From a virus (Duplodnaviria; Caudoviricetes): DNA of 59,632 bases. Below are positions 37,971 through 47,810 of the stretch, one piece after another. Location: the IMG/VR virus record IMGVR_UViG_3300027819_000013, positions 1 through 59,632 of that record; one strand, written 5' to 3'. Position 1 is the first letter of the stretch. The number at the start of each line of letters is the position of its first letter. Made by a program: the position numbers and the translations under genes. The notes below the pieces were generated by a model that saw only the letters and a program-made list of their open reading frames with translations, had not been told where the DNA came from and ran no database searches.

Positions 37971-38653
37971 GGCTCGCCGTTCTCCTGATGCTCATGCTCG
38001 CTGCGTGCGGTGAGAAAGAGGAGCCTCCGAGTGCGGCGCTCCAGCCCGTGCCGGTCGTCACGCCCACGCCTACGCCAACGCAGACGCCTGAACCATCACC
38101 GACACCATCCCAGGTCCCCGCGGTCGCGCTGAAGTACCGGCCGGATCTCACCCGTGAGGCGCACTTCACGCTGGGCCTGCGCGCGCCGATCGACTACCTG
38201 GCTGGACAGATCCACCAGGAGAGCGGATGGCGCGCTGGCGTGACGGCGTTCGACAACGGCCGTGGCCTCGCGCAGTTTATGGATCCGACCGCCAAGTGGA
38301 TCGCCGAGCGCTACCCGGAACTCGGCGAGCCGCAGCCCTATGATCCGAAATGGGCAATTCGAGCGATGGTGCGCCTGGATGGGTTTAACGTCGGCAAGGT
38401 GCTGGCCGACGGCGAATGCGATCGGTGGGGTGCAGGGCTTAAGGCATACAACGCTGGCCTTGGCTACGTGCAGCGTGCGCAGAAGAGGTCGCCTGCGCCC
38501 GGTCGCTGGTTCGGCGCGACCGAACTGATCAACGCCGGCCAGAGCACGCAGAATTTCGAGGCGAGCCGGATGTATCCACGTTGGATCATCTTCAAGCACG
38601 CGCCGAAATATGCAGCTTGGGGGCGCGGCGTGGACTGCGGAGGTCGGGCATGA
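37967..38653 (+). CDS. Endolysin, SLT lytic transglycosylase, with lipoprotein-type signal
   Basis: QIHQESGW, GLAQFMDPT and AYNAGLG; LAAC lipobox plus PT-rich linker. Confidence 0.85.
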   Translation: MRLAVLLMLMLAACGEKEEPPSAALQPVPVVTPTPTPTQTPEPSPTPSQVPAVALKYRPDLTREAHFTLGLRAPIDYLAGQIHQESGWRAGVTAFDNGRGLAQFMDPTAKWIAERYPELGEPQPYDPKWAIRAMVRLDGFNVGKVLADGECDRWGAGLKAYNAGLGYVQRAQKRSPAPGRWFGATELINAGQSTQNFEASRMYPRWIIFKHAPKYAAWGRGVDCGGRA

Positions 38654-39294
38654 AATATCAGCGCGGCGTTATCGCCGTAATCTGGCTGTACTTGCTGGCC
38701 GCTGGCGCGGTCGTTGGAGGACTCTATGGCATCTACGCTTGGATCGATCACACGTTGGAAACGTCCGCAGGCATCGTCCGTGGAAAAGAAATCAAGCAAG
38801 CCGAGTGGGCTGATGCGAATCGGCAAGCGCAGAAAAAAGCGGCCGACGAAAGGGTCGAGCGTGATCGAATCGCCGCTCAGCAATCCAAGCAACTTGCGAT
38901 TGCGCAGGATCGCGCCCGTGATGCTGATGCCCGATGGCGTGCAGCGCGAACAGCAGCCGCGCGTGCCGGAGTGCCGCTCGTGGTGGAGAACTGTGATGCA
39001 CCGCTTCGAACAGTACCTGAAAGCGCATCTTCTGCCGGCGCTGGTCTTAGGCTCGCTACTTCCCTTCGTTTTACTGCTCAGTTCGTGCGCGAGTATGACT
39101 CCGCCTGGACAGACCAAGCCGGACAACCCGTTTTCTCAGATTCCAGTGGATCTGCTCAGGCGCCCGGCACCGCCAGTACAGTTGGCCCCGACGACATCCT
39201 CATTGTCCACGCCGAGAACGCCAGCCGATGCTCGGCTAACGCTCGGCGGATGAATGCGTTGATCGATCTCATAGAAAAACTGCGTGCTCGTTGA
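38650..39294 (+). CDS. Rz-like inner-membrane spanin
   Basis: N-terminal TM segment, Ala/Arg-rich coiled coil, follows the endolysin. Confidence 0.7.
   Translation: MKYQRGVIAVIWLYLLAAGAVVGGLYGIYAWIDHTLETSAGIVRGKEIKQAEWADANRQAQKKAADERVERDRIAAQQSKQLAIAQDRARDADARWRAARTAAARAGVPLVVENCDAPLRTVPESASSAGAGLRLATSLRFTAQFVREYDSAWTDQAGQPVFSDSSGSAQAPGTASTVGPDDILIVHAENASRCSANARRMNALIDLIEKLRAR
38996..39253 (+). CDS. Rz1-like outer-membrane spanin embedded in Rz (+1 frame)
   Basis: Hydrophobic leader ending LSSC and a Pro-rich mature part; fully nested in the Rz-like gene. Confidence 0.65.
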   Translation: MHRFEQYLKAHLLPALVLGSLLPFVLLLSSCASMTPPGQTKPDNPFSQIPVDLLRRPAPPVQLAPTTSSLSTPRTPADARLTLGG

Positions 39295-39527
39295 ATCCTG
39301 CCAGCGGGAAAGAGAAGACGCTTGAGAGTCTACCCTAACAAGTTCGGTCGCCTGCTGCTACGCGAGGGCAATTACGGGGTAAATCTACACGGAGTGTGTG
39401 TCGTGAGACCGCCTGGGCGCAACAGCGAATTTATCGAATCAGAGCGCGCAATAATGCACGACGACGATACCGTGAGCGTCACGTCTGGTTCTGGGCTCAT
39501 CTTGGATCACGGTCAATGGAGGTTAAA

Positions 39528-39980
39528 ATGAACACGAAACGAGCAGTGGAAGACACGCGCGACTTGGAACGTCGTATCGAGGCCGTCGTAACGGCATTCA
39601 GAGCCGAGACGCAGATAGACTTACCCACGGGGTACTTGGCACTCACCGCTGAGACCGGGGACCGCAGGGACACAGTTGATGGTGATTTCGCATGGTGGTG
39701 CACTCGGCACGAGGCCGTTCTGGCTCAGCACGGACTCTATACCGAGCATCCAATCGGCACCGTGATTCGGGCGTGGACAGACGGGGGCGAGCCTTGGTGC
39801 CGACTGACTGTGCGGGCACCTGCGTCGCACCTGCGTATTTTCTGGGCCGACGATCGGGCACGGGCTGATTGGCAGGTGTTCCGCGATACGGGGCATGTTC
39901 CAGGAATGACGTACGCGGCCTGGGCGGCGGAGGCGCGAAAAGATACAGTCAAGAAGAAAGCTAGCCGCGATGAGTTATGA
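39528..39980 (+). CDS. Hypothetical protein, last gene of the rightward arm
   Basis: GGAGG RBS; converges with the leftward arm. Confidence 0.55.
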   Translation: MNTKRAVEDTRDLERRIEAVVTAFRAETQIDLPTGYLALTAETGDRRDTVDGDFAWWCTRHEAVLAQHGLYTEHPIGTVIRAWTDGGEPWCRLTVRAPASHLRIFWADDRARADWQVFRDTGHVPGMTYAAWAAEARKDTVKKKASRDEL

Positions 39981-40047
39981 GTCGTTGTTGCTGTGATATC
40001 CAGCCAAGACTTTAGCGGTCAGCAAGAAATACAGAATGCCGGGTATA

Positions 40048-40980
40048 TTAAGCGTTTCTCCATGGCGTTCGATCCATCGGCATCCCGCGGCATGTTCGCA
40101 CCAGTTCGCATACGCCATCATGCAAGGCATTCGTCGGTCGCCAGCCAAGTGCCTCGATCCTGGCATTGGACACGACATAATCACGCTGATCAGGATCGGC
40201 ACCAGTCGTAGCGACGAGGATCTCGCAGCCGGGAACTTCTGCACGCACGACCTCAGCGAGCTGGCGCTTGGTCATGTTGGCGGCGGTGTTGCCGACATTG
40301 AAGATGCGCCCGTGGAATAACCGTTCGTGTTGCAGCGCGAAGAGAAACGCCGAAGCCGCGTCACGTACATGCAGAAAATTGCGTCGAAATTCAGGTTCAA
40401 ACAGCACAATCGCTCGATCGCGCACGGCGCGGTAACAGAAATCGTTGACTAGCAAGTCGAGCCGCATGCGTGGCGAAGAGCCAAACAGCGTCGCGAGCCG
40501 CAGCGAGACGCCACGCGGGTGTGTGAGTACGGCGCGCTCCGCCTCGACCTTCGTGCGACCGTAGAGTGAGACAGGCATCAGTGGCGAGTCCTCAGTACAC
40601 AGGCTACCACCCCCAATCCCGTAGCCAGAATTTGTGCATGGAAATAGAATCGTCTGGTCGCGCGACACTTTACCGATCAAATCTTCCACCGCGATGTGAT
40701 TCAGACTGACTGCGGTCACTGGGTCCAGATCGCATGCCGGCGCGCCGACCAGCGCGGCGAGCGGGATGATGACATCGTACTCGCGCGCGCGGCGCAGGGT
40801 GGCGGTGCTGCGGGCATCATCGCGAATTACTATGAGGTTGCGCCTGTACATATGAGCTATGAGGGATGGTATCCCATGCAAAAAGGTATCCACCACTGTG
40901 ACTTGGTAACCGACAGCCAGCAACGCCGGCACCAACACCGAACCCAGGTATCCGCCGCCGCCTGTGATGAGAATGTTCAT
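40048..40980 (-). CDS. NAD-dependent epimerase/dehydratase/reductase (extended SDR)
   Basis: ITGGGGYLGS, YGRTK (YxxxK), RLATLFG and RNFLHVRD. Confidence 0.9.
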   Translation of the reverse strand: MNILITGGGGYLGSVLVPALLAVGYQVTVVDTFLHGIPSLIAHMYRRNLIVIRDDARSTATLRRAREYDVIIPLAALVGAPACDLDPVTAVSLNHIAVEDLIGKVSRDQTILFPCTNSGYGIGGGSLCTEDSPLMPVSLYGRTKVEAERAVLTHPRGVSLRLATLFGSSPRMRLDLLVNDFCYRAVRDRAIVLFEPEFRRNFLHVRDAASAFLFALQHERLFHGRIFNVGNTAANMTKRQLAEVVRAEVPGCEILVATTGADPDQRDYVVSNARIEALGWRPTNALHDGVCELVRTCRGMPMDRTPWRNA

Positions 40981-42170
40981 CTCAGCACCTCAACTAATCG
41001 CCCAATTTGCACGGTGAGATCGACTGGGTGATTGCCGACGAACAGGCCACAATGATGGGCGTGCTGAGCGTGTGGCAATCCGCCTGGAGCACACCAGTTG
41101 TAGAGGCGCGCGGACGGGTGCTCAGTGAGGCAACCACCTGTGATCATGCGGTACTCTATACCCGCACCATGCATCCTGCCAGCGGCCTCCTCGCGCTCTG
41201 CAGTGTTTTTGAACACGAGCGTGAACCCGAACGGAACCGGATACGTGTCTGATAGACTGTGCTGGATCATGATGTCGCGGTGGATCTCACCGAATTGCTC
41301 CAGAAATACGACCCAGTTCTTGATTCGCGCCAGGTTCATGTCGTTCAGACGGCGTAACTGCACGCGGCCTACAGCGGCGGCGAGCTCGGTCGGCCGCAGG
41401 TTGTAGCCTGGCAGCACGAACTGGTAGTCGCCCGGAGCATTGGGCCGTGCGCGCAGCTTCGAATCGTCAGGCAGATTGCGCGCCCAGCCGTGAGCGCGCA
41501 GGCACACTGCCAGTTCGTGCAGCTTGTCGTCGTCAGTGACCAGGAAGCCTCCCTCGCCGGTGCTGATGTGATGGCTGAAGAAGGTCGAAAATGTGCCGAT
41601 ATGCCCGAATGTTCCGCAGAATCGGCGCCCTATCCGCGCGCCCATCGACTCGCAGTTATCTTCGATAAAGAATATGCCGCGTGCATCGGCAATTTGGCGC
41701 ATTGTGTCTACAGGCGCCGGATGTCCGAGCACAGAGCAACCGACGATGCCGACCGTGTTTTCGCGAATCGCGCCTCTCGCGCCGTTCGTTGTGGCGTTCA
41801 GCGTTTTCGGGTCCACGTCGATCACTCGCAAAGCGAACCCGTACTGGTTTAGCGGCGCGTAGGTCGTCGCCCACGCGATCGCTGGAACGACGACTGTGAA
41901 TGCGCCATCCTCGTATGGTCCTCCGCCACAGTAATCGAATCCATGAACCATTCGCTGATGACATACCGCAGCGACGGCGAGTAGGTTGGCCGACGACCCG
42001 GAGTTCACCATGATGGCGTGCTTAGAGCCAACGTAGGCCGCGAACTCGCGCTCGAAGGCGGCGACCTCTTCGCCCATCGTTAGGTGTCCTGAATTGATGA
42101 CGTGGTGCGCGGCGGCACGCTCCTCGTCACCCCAAGTGTTGACTGCCAGCGGCCAGAATGGGGCGCTCAT
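40977..42170 (-). CDS. PLP-dependent DegT/DnrJ/EryC1/StrS-fold enzyme, ColD-like NDP-4-keto-6-deoxysugar 3-dehydratase
   Basis: VNSGSSANLL, EDNCESMGA and SHHISTGEGG (His at the usual Lys position). Confidence 0.8.
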   Translation of the reverse strand: MSAPFWPLAVNTWGDEERAAAHHVINSGHLTMGEEVAAFEREFAAYVGSKHAIMVNSGSSANLLAVAAVCHQRMVHGFDYCGGGPYEDGAFTVVVPAIAWATTYAPLNQYGFALRVIDVDPKTLNATTNGARGAIRENTVGIVGCSVLGHPAPVDTMRQIADARGIFFIEDNCESMGARIGRRFCGTFGHIGTFSTFFSHHISTGEGGFLVTDDDKLHELAVCLRAHGWARNLPDDSKLRARPNAPGDYQFVLPGYNLRPTELAAAVGRVQLRRLNDMNLARIKNWVVFLEQFGEIHRDIMIQHSLSDTYPVPFGFTLVFKNTAEREEAAGRMHGAGIEYRMITGGCLTEHPSARLYNWCAPGGLPHAQHAHHCGLFVGNHPVDLTVQIGRLVEVLR

Positions 42171-43150
42171 GGCTCATTTACCAGCACGTGCGTTCCTCGC
42201 GGCGCGATGCGGAATCTAACGCATGGCGCACCGATGTGTTGCTCGAAGTGTTTGCGCTTTTCCGGCGGCACGAAGAACAGCAGGAACCCTCCACCCCCGG
42301 CGCCGCATAGCTTCCCGCCGAGAGCGCCGAGCGATAGCCCGTGCGAGTAGAGGCGGTCAATCTCGGGGGAGCTGATCTCTGGGTGCAAATCGCGCTTTAT
42401 TCGCCATGAGTCATGCAGTAGATCTCCAAGGTCGTTTAAATTCTCGTTGCGCAGCAGATGTAATCCGGCGCTGGCAGAGCGCGCGAGTTCATCGAGCAAT
42501 GCGGCGTTCGGCGCGACGCGAGCAACCTGTTTAGCAGCCATGACATGAGCATGGCGCATAGTGCCGGAATACACGAGAACTAACGAATCTGTCAGCTTTC
42601 CGAGGCGTTCCGACGACATTACCACTGGATGTATCGTCCATCCATTGGCTCCAAATCTGATAAAATTCATATTGCCATGCGCGGTCAGTAATTGATCCTG
42701 GTATCCGACGGCTTCGCCAATTACATTGCGTTCGGTATAGATAGCATCATTGGCGAGCGCGGCTGGAGTAACAGTTAGTTCATGCGTCCCAGAGTGCAGG
42801 CGTAGCGCATGCAGCAACCCGACGACGAATGCTGACGATGCGCCGAGTCCGCCGCCGGAGGCGAGATCACCTGTGCAGACAATCTCCAGCGGTTCATTGA
42901 TGTTCAGGCGCTGCAGGCAACCGCGCACGGCCGGATGCTGGATCTGATCGATCTCCATCACGTCCTCGATCTTGGAATACACGATGCGATACCGCGGCCC
43001 CTGGCCTGGAGGCATACGCTTGACGCCAATATAGACGTATTTATCTATCGCCATCCCTAGCACGGCGCCCTCGTGCGTCAAGAAATGTTCTGGGTAATCG
43101 CTGCCACCCCCAAACAGGCTGACGCGGTACGGGGTGCGGGTGAAGATCAT
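42167..43150 (-). CDS. GHMP kinase, HddA-like (heptose-7-phosphate 1-kinase family)
   Basis: RTPYRVSLFGGGSDYP, GLGASSAF, GYQDQ and GGKLCGAGGGGF. Confidence 0.85.
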   Translation of the reverse strand: MIFTRTPYRVSLFGGGSDYPEHFLTHEGAVLGMAIDKYVYIGVKRMPPGQGPRYRIVYSKIEDVMEIDQIQHPAVRGCLQRLNINEPLEIVCTGDLASGGGLGASSAFVVGLLHALRLHSGTHELTVTPAALANDAIYTERNVIGEAVGYQDQLLTAHGNMNFIRFGANGWTIHPVVMSSERLGKLTDSLVLVYSGTMRHAHVMAAKQVARVAPNAALLDELARSASAGLHLLRNENLNDLGDLLHDSWRIKRDLHPEISSPEIDRLYSHGLSLGALGGKLCGAGGGGFLLFFVPPEKRKHFEQHIGAPCVRFRIAPRGTHVLVNEP

Positions 43151-43731
43151 GGCTTCCACCTTCTCGCCAGCGCGTATCCCTCCGGCGTCCCCACGTCGAG
43201 GAACCCGGCCACGAACACGTTGCGCATAGAGTTGAACGCCTCGACGTTTAACCATCGCGAAAAATCGGTTTCTGTCGAATGAGCGAGCAGCTTCAGAGCG
43301 TTTGTCCCGAGGATCGTCGCGCCGGCCGGCAGCGCTCCGACCCGCGCGAGCAACACGTCGATTGTGCTCAGTTGTGCCCAAGTATTAATCAGTTCCGAGA
43401 GATCGTAGAGCGGTAGCGTGTCTCCGTTCAGCACGAGAGCATAGGGTGCAATCGCTGCATTGCGTAGCGCTGTCGCCGTACCGCGTGGCTCCCCGTGCAG
43501 CACGAGTAGGTTAGGCCGTAACAGGCTCGCTTGTCGCAAATACGTTATTATCTCTTCGCTCTTGTATCCAGTTAGTAGATGTATGCGTCGCGGGCGTAGC
43601 TTGTGAACGCGTATGAGGATGTGGTGCAAGATTGGCAAGTCGTCGCCGAGCGGCACCAGGCACTTCGGCCCGTCCCACAGCCCTGCGAGCCGCGTGCCGT
43701 ACCCGCCGCAGAGGATAGCGATGTCCATCAC
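43147..43731 (-). CDS. Sugar-1-phosphate nucleotidyltransferase, HddC-like
   Basis: ILCGGYGTRL...PKCL, LNGDTL and FLDVGTPE. Confidence 0.85.
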   Translation of the reverse strand: MMDIAILCGGYGTRLAGLWDGPKCLVPLGDDLPILHHILIRVHKLRPRRIHLLTGYKSEEIITYLRQASLLRPNLLVLHGEPRGTATALRNAAIAPYALVLNGDTLPLYDLSELINTWAQLSTIDVLLARVGALPAGATILGTNALKLLAHSTETDFSRWLNVEAFNSMRNVFVAGFLDVGTPEGYALARRWKP

Positions 43732-44051
43732 TTCACCGCTTCTAATCTTGTTGGAATGTCCAGTGCTGCGTCGCGACGTTGGGCCACCTCCTCAGGAGTT
43801 TCTAGTACCAGGATGTTGGCCTGAGCGGCTCCGCGTAGCCAGACTGTTGTGCACGTGATTTTCTCATTCTTCAAGTTTGGGTCACAGGTGTTCCATGCTC
43901 CGTAGGCTCGATTCACAAGGGCGATGCACCATGGGTCAATGTAAACCGATGTAGGTTCACCATTGCACACTTCAACATTTCCGATTGATGTAAGGCGCAC
44001 CATCTTTGGACTCCAAGGTTTGTTCTCAACCGTCATGTCGTGACCGCTCAT
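43728..44051 (-). CDS. Hypothetical protein
   Basis: ORF coupled between pathway genes. Confidence 0.5.
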   Translation of the reverse strand: MSGHDMTVENKPWSPKMVRLTSIGNVEVCNGEPTSVYIDPWCIALVNRAYGAWNTCDPNLKNEKITCTTVWLRGAAQANILVLETPEEVAQRRDAALDIPTRLEAVK

Positions 44052-44947
44052 CGTACGATCTCCTTCACAAAAGTTTTAATTCGCTCTGCATTTGGTGGCA
44101 GTACATCCATCCCAGGCCCGAACCCTGCTGTGCGGTCAGGTAGCGCGAGCACACGCATTCGCGCGCTGGTAAGCGTGTGGAGCTGCTGCGCGATGTCGGA
44201 GGCCACGCCGCTTGCGTAGTCGTCGTCGAGGACGATGCCGCCGAACTGCGTCCACTCAAGATCAGCACTAACATCATCGGAAATATGAAACTGCTTCAAC
44301 TGTGAGATATGACAAATGCCAACAACAATCCCCTCGTCAACTAACTCCGCCGCAGCCTGCAGCGCCGTGAAGCGCGTTATTGAAATCGGGAACAGCATGA
44401 CATCAGCGCGCGAGCGGGTGTGAATTCTATGCGACGGAAGCTCGGCATCGTTTTCGTACGCGCCGCGGTGCTCGGACAGGTAGACAGGATCGTCTCCCGC
44501 CATGAACTCGTCGTACGCCGCGCGCCACTCGCCCGGCGTCATCGGCGCGAACACCTTCACGCCCGGCATGCGCGTGAACAGCGAGTGGTGCGAGGAGCCG
44601 GAGGTCGGCCCGATTCCGCCCTCCATCGCGATCGAGCGCACGAGCAGCGGGCACGATCGGCCCCATAGTGCTTTGGACTTGGCGGCGTAGTTGACGATCA
44701 TTGCAGCATTGAGGTGCTGAAACCCTTGATATCTGACGACGTATATCGGGCGGCGCCCAGCGAGCGCCGCGCCGACGACAAACCCGGAATTGGCGACGTC
44801 GCTCATCGGCAACTCGGTCATGTCATGGCGCTCAGGCAGTGTGCCGCCGACCCAGCCGACAGCAGTTAGGTTTTGCCCCATGACGAGGTGGCCGGCGTCG
44901 AGGTGCCGCGCTGTCAGCTCGCGGATCGTCTCGCGAAGAGTTGTCAT
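44048..44947 (-). CDS. ThDP-dependent enzyme, E1-beta/transketolase C-terminal-like subunit
   Basis: GAALAGRRPI, IVNYAAK, GSSHH, PMTPGE and DPVYLSEHR. Confidence 0.85.
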   Translation of the reverse strand: MTTLRETIRELTARHLDAGHLVMGQNLTAVGWVGGTLPERHDMTELPMSDVANSGFVVGAALAGRRPIYVVRYQGFQHLNAAMIVNYAAKSKALWGRSCPLLVRSIAMEGGIGPTSGSSHHSLFTRMPGVKVFAPMTPGEWRAAYDEFMAGDDPVYLSEHRGAYENDAELPSHRIHTRSRADVMLFPISITRFTALQAAAELVDEGIVVGICHISQLKQFHISDDVSADLEWTQFGGIVLDDDYASGVASDIAQQLHTLTSARMRVLALPDRTAGFGPGMDVLPPNAERIKTFVKEIVR

Positions 44948-45134
44948 TGTGCCAGTGTCCTGCTGCACGGTTTATGTGGGAATCCGCAATTACAACTCGT
45001 ATAGGTATCATTACGTTCACCAGCACACGGATAGCTGCCATCTGGTTTAAGGTAGACAACCATGCCTTTGTGCGGGTTGCTGTTGATGAACACGTACTTT
45101 CGCCCTTGTTGATCTTGAAAAACTGCGCCCTGTT

Positions 45135-45944
45135 CTATACCCATGCTTCCCTCGCAATGGTTTCGGCGCGTAAGTGGACCTTCGTCACCTCGCCCGGGTG
45201 GAATTGCCTGGATACCTCCGCGTGCCGGTCGAACGCTGGGCCGTCACTGCCAGCGCCAGAATGCCAGCGTAAGCGAGTAGTGCGGACGTTGATTAACAGG
45301 GGCCAATCTTCAATATGAGATCGATGGTTATCGTAACTCAACATTTTGTATAACTGAGCCGGATCATCTGTTGTGTTATCCGCGTGCATACCAAATCCGT
45401 GCGCCGCGTCCACAATCTCCCAACTTCGCCGAATCTTCGTTTTTGTCAGTATTGACAGTCCGTTGTCCTCGACTACGAACAGGATCGGCAGCCGCTGCGT
45501 CGCCGCCCAGCCGAACGCCGCGAGCGCGTAGTCCTCCTCGGCAGCAGCATCCCCGAGAAAGCACACCGTCGGTCGCCGATTCCCGTAACAAGCACCCACG
45601 GCAATCGGCACCTGCGTGCCGAGCAGCGCGTCGTGGCCGTAGATGTTGGGCGCCTGGATGCAGTTACTGCCTTCCATGCCAAACAGGATCTGGCGCACGA
45701 GTTCCGCCGGATCATTGCCGAATGCGAGGTAGACGGAATGCGCACGGTGCTGCACAAAAATCTGCGGTTCTATCTTGTGGTCCTCGCACCATGTGGCAAT
45801 GGTCGCGGCGGCATACTCTTGCCCTGTACTGAGGTAGACCGGACACTTGACACGACCCGCGCGGATCTGGCGCTCGCACTCCTCCTCGAAAGCGCGACAA
45901 AGCGCGGCTTTTTCGTAGACGCTAGTGAGGAAATCAGTCGTCAT
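45135..45944 (-). CDS. ThDP-dependent enzyme, E1-alpha-like subunit
   Basis: CRAFEE, YLSTGQE, GDAAAEED...EDN (ThDP motif) and RWHSG. Confidence 0.85.
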   Translation of the reverse strand: MTTDFLTSVYEKAALCRAFEEECERQIRAGRVKCPVYLSTGQEYAAATIATWCEDHKIEPQIFVQHRAHSVYLAFGNDPAELVRQILFGMEGSNCIQAPNIYGHDALLGTQVPIAVGACYGNRRPTVCFLGDAAAEEDYALAAFGWAATQRLPILFVVEDNGLSILTKTKIRRSWEIVDAAHGFGMHADNTTDDPAQLYKMLSYDNHRSHIEDWPLLINVRTTRLRWHSGAGSDGPAFDRHAEVSRQFHPGEVTKVHLRAETIAREAWV

Positions 45945-46146
45945 TCGCGACCTGCCACAGCATTACGACAAGCGCGAAGATTACGAGCGGAAAACTGATT
46001 AATAGCGTCGCCAGAAAGACCGGCATTGCCACGATATAACCAATGAACCGCAGAACCCCTGCCGGCAGCAGCCAATCGATCGCTTTGATCGGCCAGAACA
46101 GAACAGCGAGGCAGCCATCCACAATCATGTCGCTCGTTAGTTTCAT
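45934..46146 (-). CDS. Small membrane protein
   Basis: Two hydrophobic segments; ATGA-coupled. Confidence 0.45.
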   Translation of the reverse strand: MKLTSDMIVDGCLAVLFWPIKAIDWLLPAGVLRFIGYIVAMPVFLATLLISFPLVIFALVVMLWQVANDD

Positions 46147-46676
46147 TTGCCGTCCCGTGCGACGCGGATCGCCTCGGCCACCCATTCGCCCAAGTGGCGG
46201 TAATGTGGTGACGTGACGAGGTTTCCGTCCGTGACGACCGGAGCATCGACGTACTCAGCGCCCGCATTCTCAACATCTACCGCGAACGCCGGATAGATCG
46301 TGACGCGCCGCCCCTTCAGCACCTTCGCGGAGATGAGGAGCTGCACGCCGCTGCACATCGCCGCGATCGTGATGCCGCGCCGATTGGCCTCGGCGATGAA
46401 GTCGATGACGCCGCCGTTCTGGCGCAGCTTCTCCATAGCCTTCACGCCACCAGGCAATACGAGCAAATCGATGCTGTACGAAAGATCGTCTGAACGCAAG
46501 CTCAGATGTGACTCGATATCTGTGCCTAGAATACCGCGCACCTTTCCGCGACCGACATCTGACGCTATCAATGGCGTATTGATAGTACCTTTGGCTGCTT
46601 CTTCGAGTAGTCGGTAGTATGGGTAGATGACTTCCTGGTCTTGATACCCGGTGTGTGTGATGATTATGGATACCAT
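46143..46676 (-). CDS. DJ-1/PfpI family protein
   Basis: QDQEVIYPYYRL, LPGG, AMCSG and VDAPVVTDGNLVTS. Confidence 0.85.
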   Translation of the reverse strand: MVSIIITHTGYQDQEVIYPYYRLLEEAAKGTINTPLIASDVGRGKVRGILGTDIESHLSLRSDDLSYSIDLLVLPGGVKAMEKLRQNGGVIDFIAEANRRGITIAAMCSGVQLLISAKVLKGRRVTIYPAFAVDVENAGAEYVDAPVVTDGNLVTSPHYRHLGEWVAEAIRVARDGK

Positions 46677-47305
46677 ATCGTGCTCTTCCTAATCAACAAA
46701 AATTGTGAATCATGAATTGGTTTGAACTGGTGCCGCATGCAGGCAAAGGTCGCACCATCCACCGCATCACCAGGTGGCAGTAGTCCGCGCTCCAGACCGC
46801 CGCGCAATACCACGAAGATACCTGTCTCATTGTCATAGTAAGGGCAGGCTATATCGCTGACAAACTCCAAAGTGCAGCCAGCGAAGTGTTCTATACCGCC
46901 GTTCCGCCACCATGCAATTGGCTGAAAACATGTCTCGTCGAGCAGTTCGGTAGGCTGCTCCAGTGGCTCAGCGGCGCGACCGTAGCTGTCTTCCATACGC
47001 ACGATGTCCGATTTTGCGTCGGGCGCCTCGACTTCTAGCAATATCGCATCGTCAAGTGCGTGCGTCGAATGGAACCGACCACGGAAAACGTTAAGCTTAT
47101 CGAGCCCAATCATTCTGCGAGGCGAGTCTCTAATAAAGGACAGGTCGACCATGCCAGACAGTACAATGAAGGCTGTATTCTTGTGTGGGTGCGCGTGAAG
47201 TGAAGTTCGTTCCCCTGCGCGGATTTCTAACACCCAAATGGCGACGTGCTCGTTGCGAAACGCGCAGTACTCGCGCCCCCACGGCTTACGGACGATGCCG
47301 GTCAT
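46664..47305 (-). CDS. Cupin (mannose-6-phosphate isomerase C-terminal-like)
   Basis: KPWGREY, TSLHAHPHK, FHSTH and DIVRMEDSYGR. Confidence 0.8.
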   Translation of the reverse strand: MTGIVRKPWGREYCAFRNEHVAIWVLEIRAGERTSLHAHPHKNTAFIVLSGMVDLSFIRDSPRRMIGLDKLNVFRGRFHSTHALDDAILLEVEAPDAKSDIVRMEDSYGRAAEPLEQPTELLDETCFQPIAWWRNGGIEHFAGCTLEFVSDIACPYYDNETGIFVVLRGGLERGLLPPGDAVDGATFACMRHQFKPIHDSQFLLIRKSTIWYP

Positions 47306-47805
47306 TCGAACCTCTCCGAGCGAGGCAGTTTATTCTGAACACGGCGGATTCCGTTATATGGCAATGCATATGGTTCTTCAGCGAACTGGAGTGAGCTGAA
47401 CGTTGGTGAGTACGGGAGGCGTTCGAGTTGTGCCATTTGGAAATCAGCCGCATCCTGATTGATGATCTTCAGTACCCTCTCCAATACTTGGGTGCCGGCG
47501 CCGCTGCACATTGATTGGTCTGATGAGAGCGCGTCGCCAAGTTCCTGGCTGATGCTGAAACCGATCCGCTCCCACATTGGCTTCTCGATGGTTAGCAATG
47601 AGCCGTTCGACCCCATAATCGTCGAAAATGTTTTGATGTGTTCTCTCTTGACAAAAACCGAGAAGAAATAATTGCTTGTTGTCCACGATTGCACAGAGTC
47701 GGCCAACGGGGCCACTTCGGCTTCTGCCGCAGCAAGCACAGCTGTAGGTAGCGCGGCGACCGCGGTAGCGCCGAGCAATGATTGCAAGAATTCGCGTCGG
47801 TTCAT
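47302..47805 (-). CDS. Hypothetical protein with twin-arginine-like leader
   Basis: MNRREFLQSLLGATAVAALP. Confidence 0.5.
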   Translation of the reverse strand: MNRREFLQSLLGATAVAALPTAVLAAAEAEVAPLADSVQSWTTSNYFFSVFVKREHIKTFSTIMGSNGSLLTIEKPMWERIGFSISQELGDALSSDQSMCSGAGTQVLERVLKIINQDAADFQMAQLERLPYSPTFSSLQFAEEPYALPYNGIRRVQNKLPRSERFE

Positions 47806-47810
47806 TTGTG

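Noticed and set aside
38650-38730. Prepilin-like QRG-hydrophobic N-terminus on Rz
   Set aside because: Lacks the Glu at +5 and is adequately explained as the spanin membrane anchor.
44048-45944. Pyruvate dehydrogenase E1 as a central-metabolism auxiliary gene
   Set aside because: No E2/E3 genes were recognised, and the subunits sit inside an NDP-sugar cluster, so a sugar-branching role fits better.
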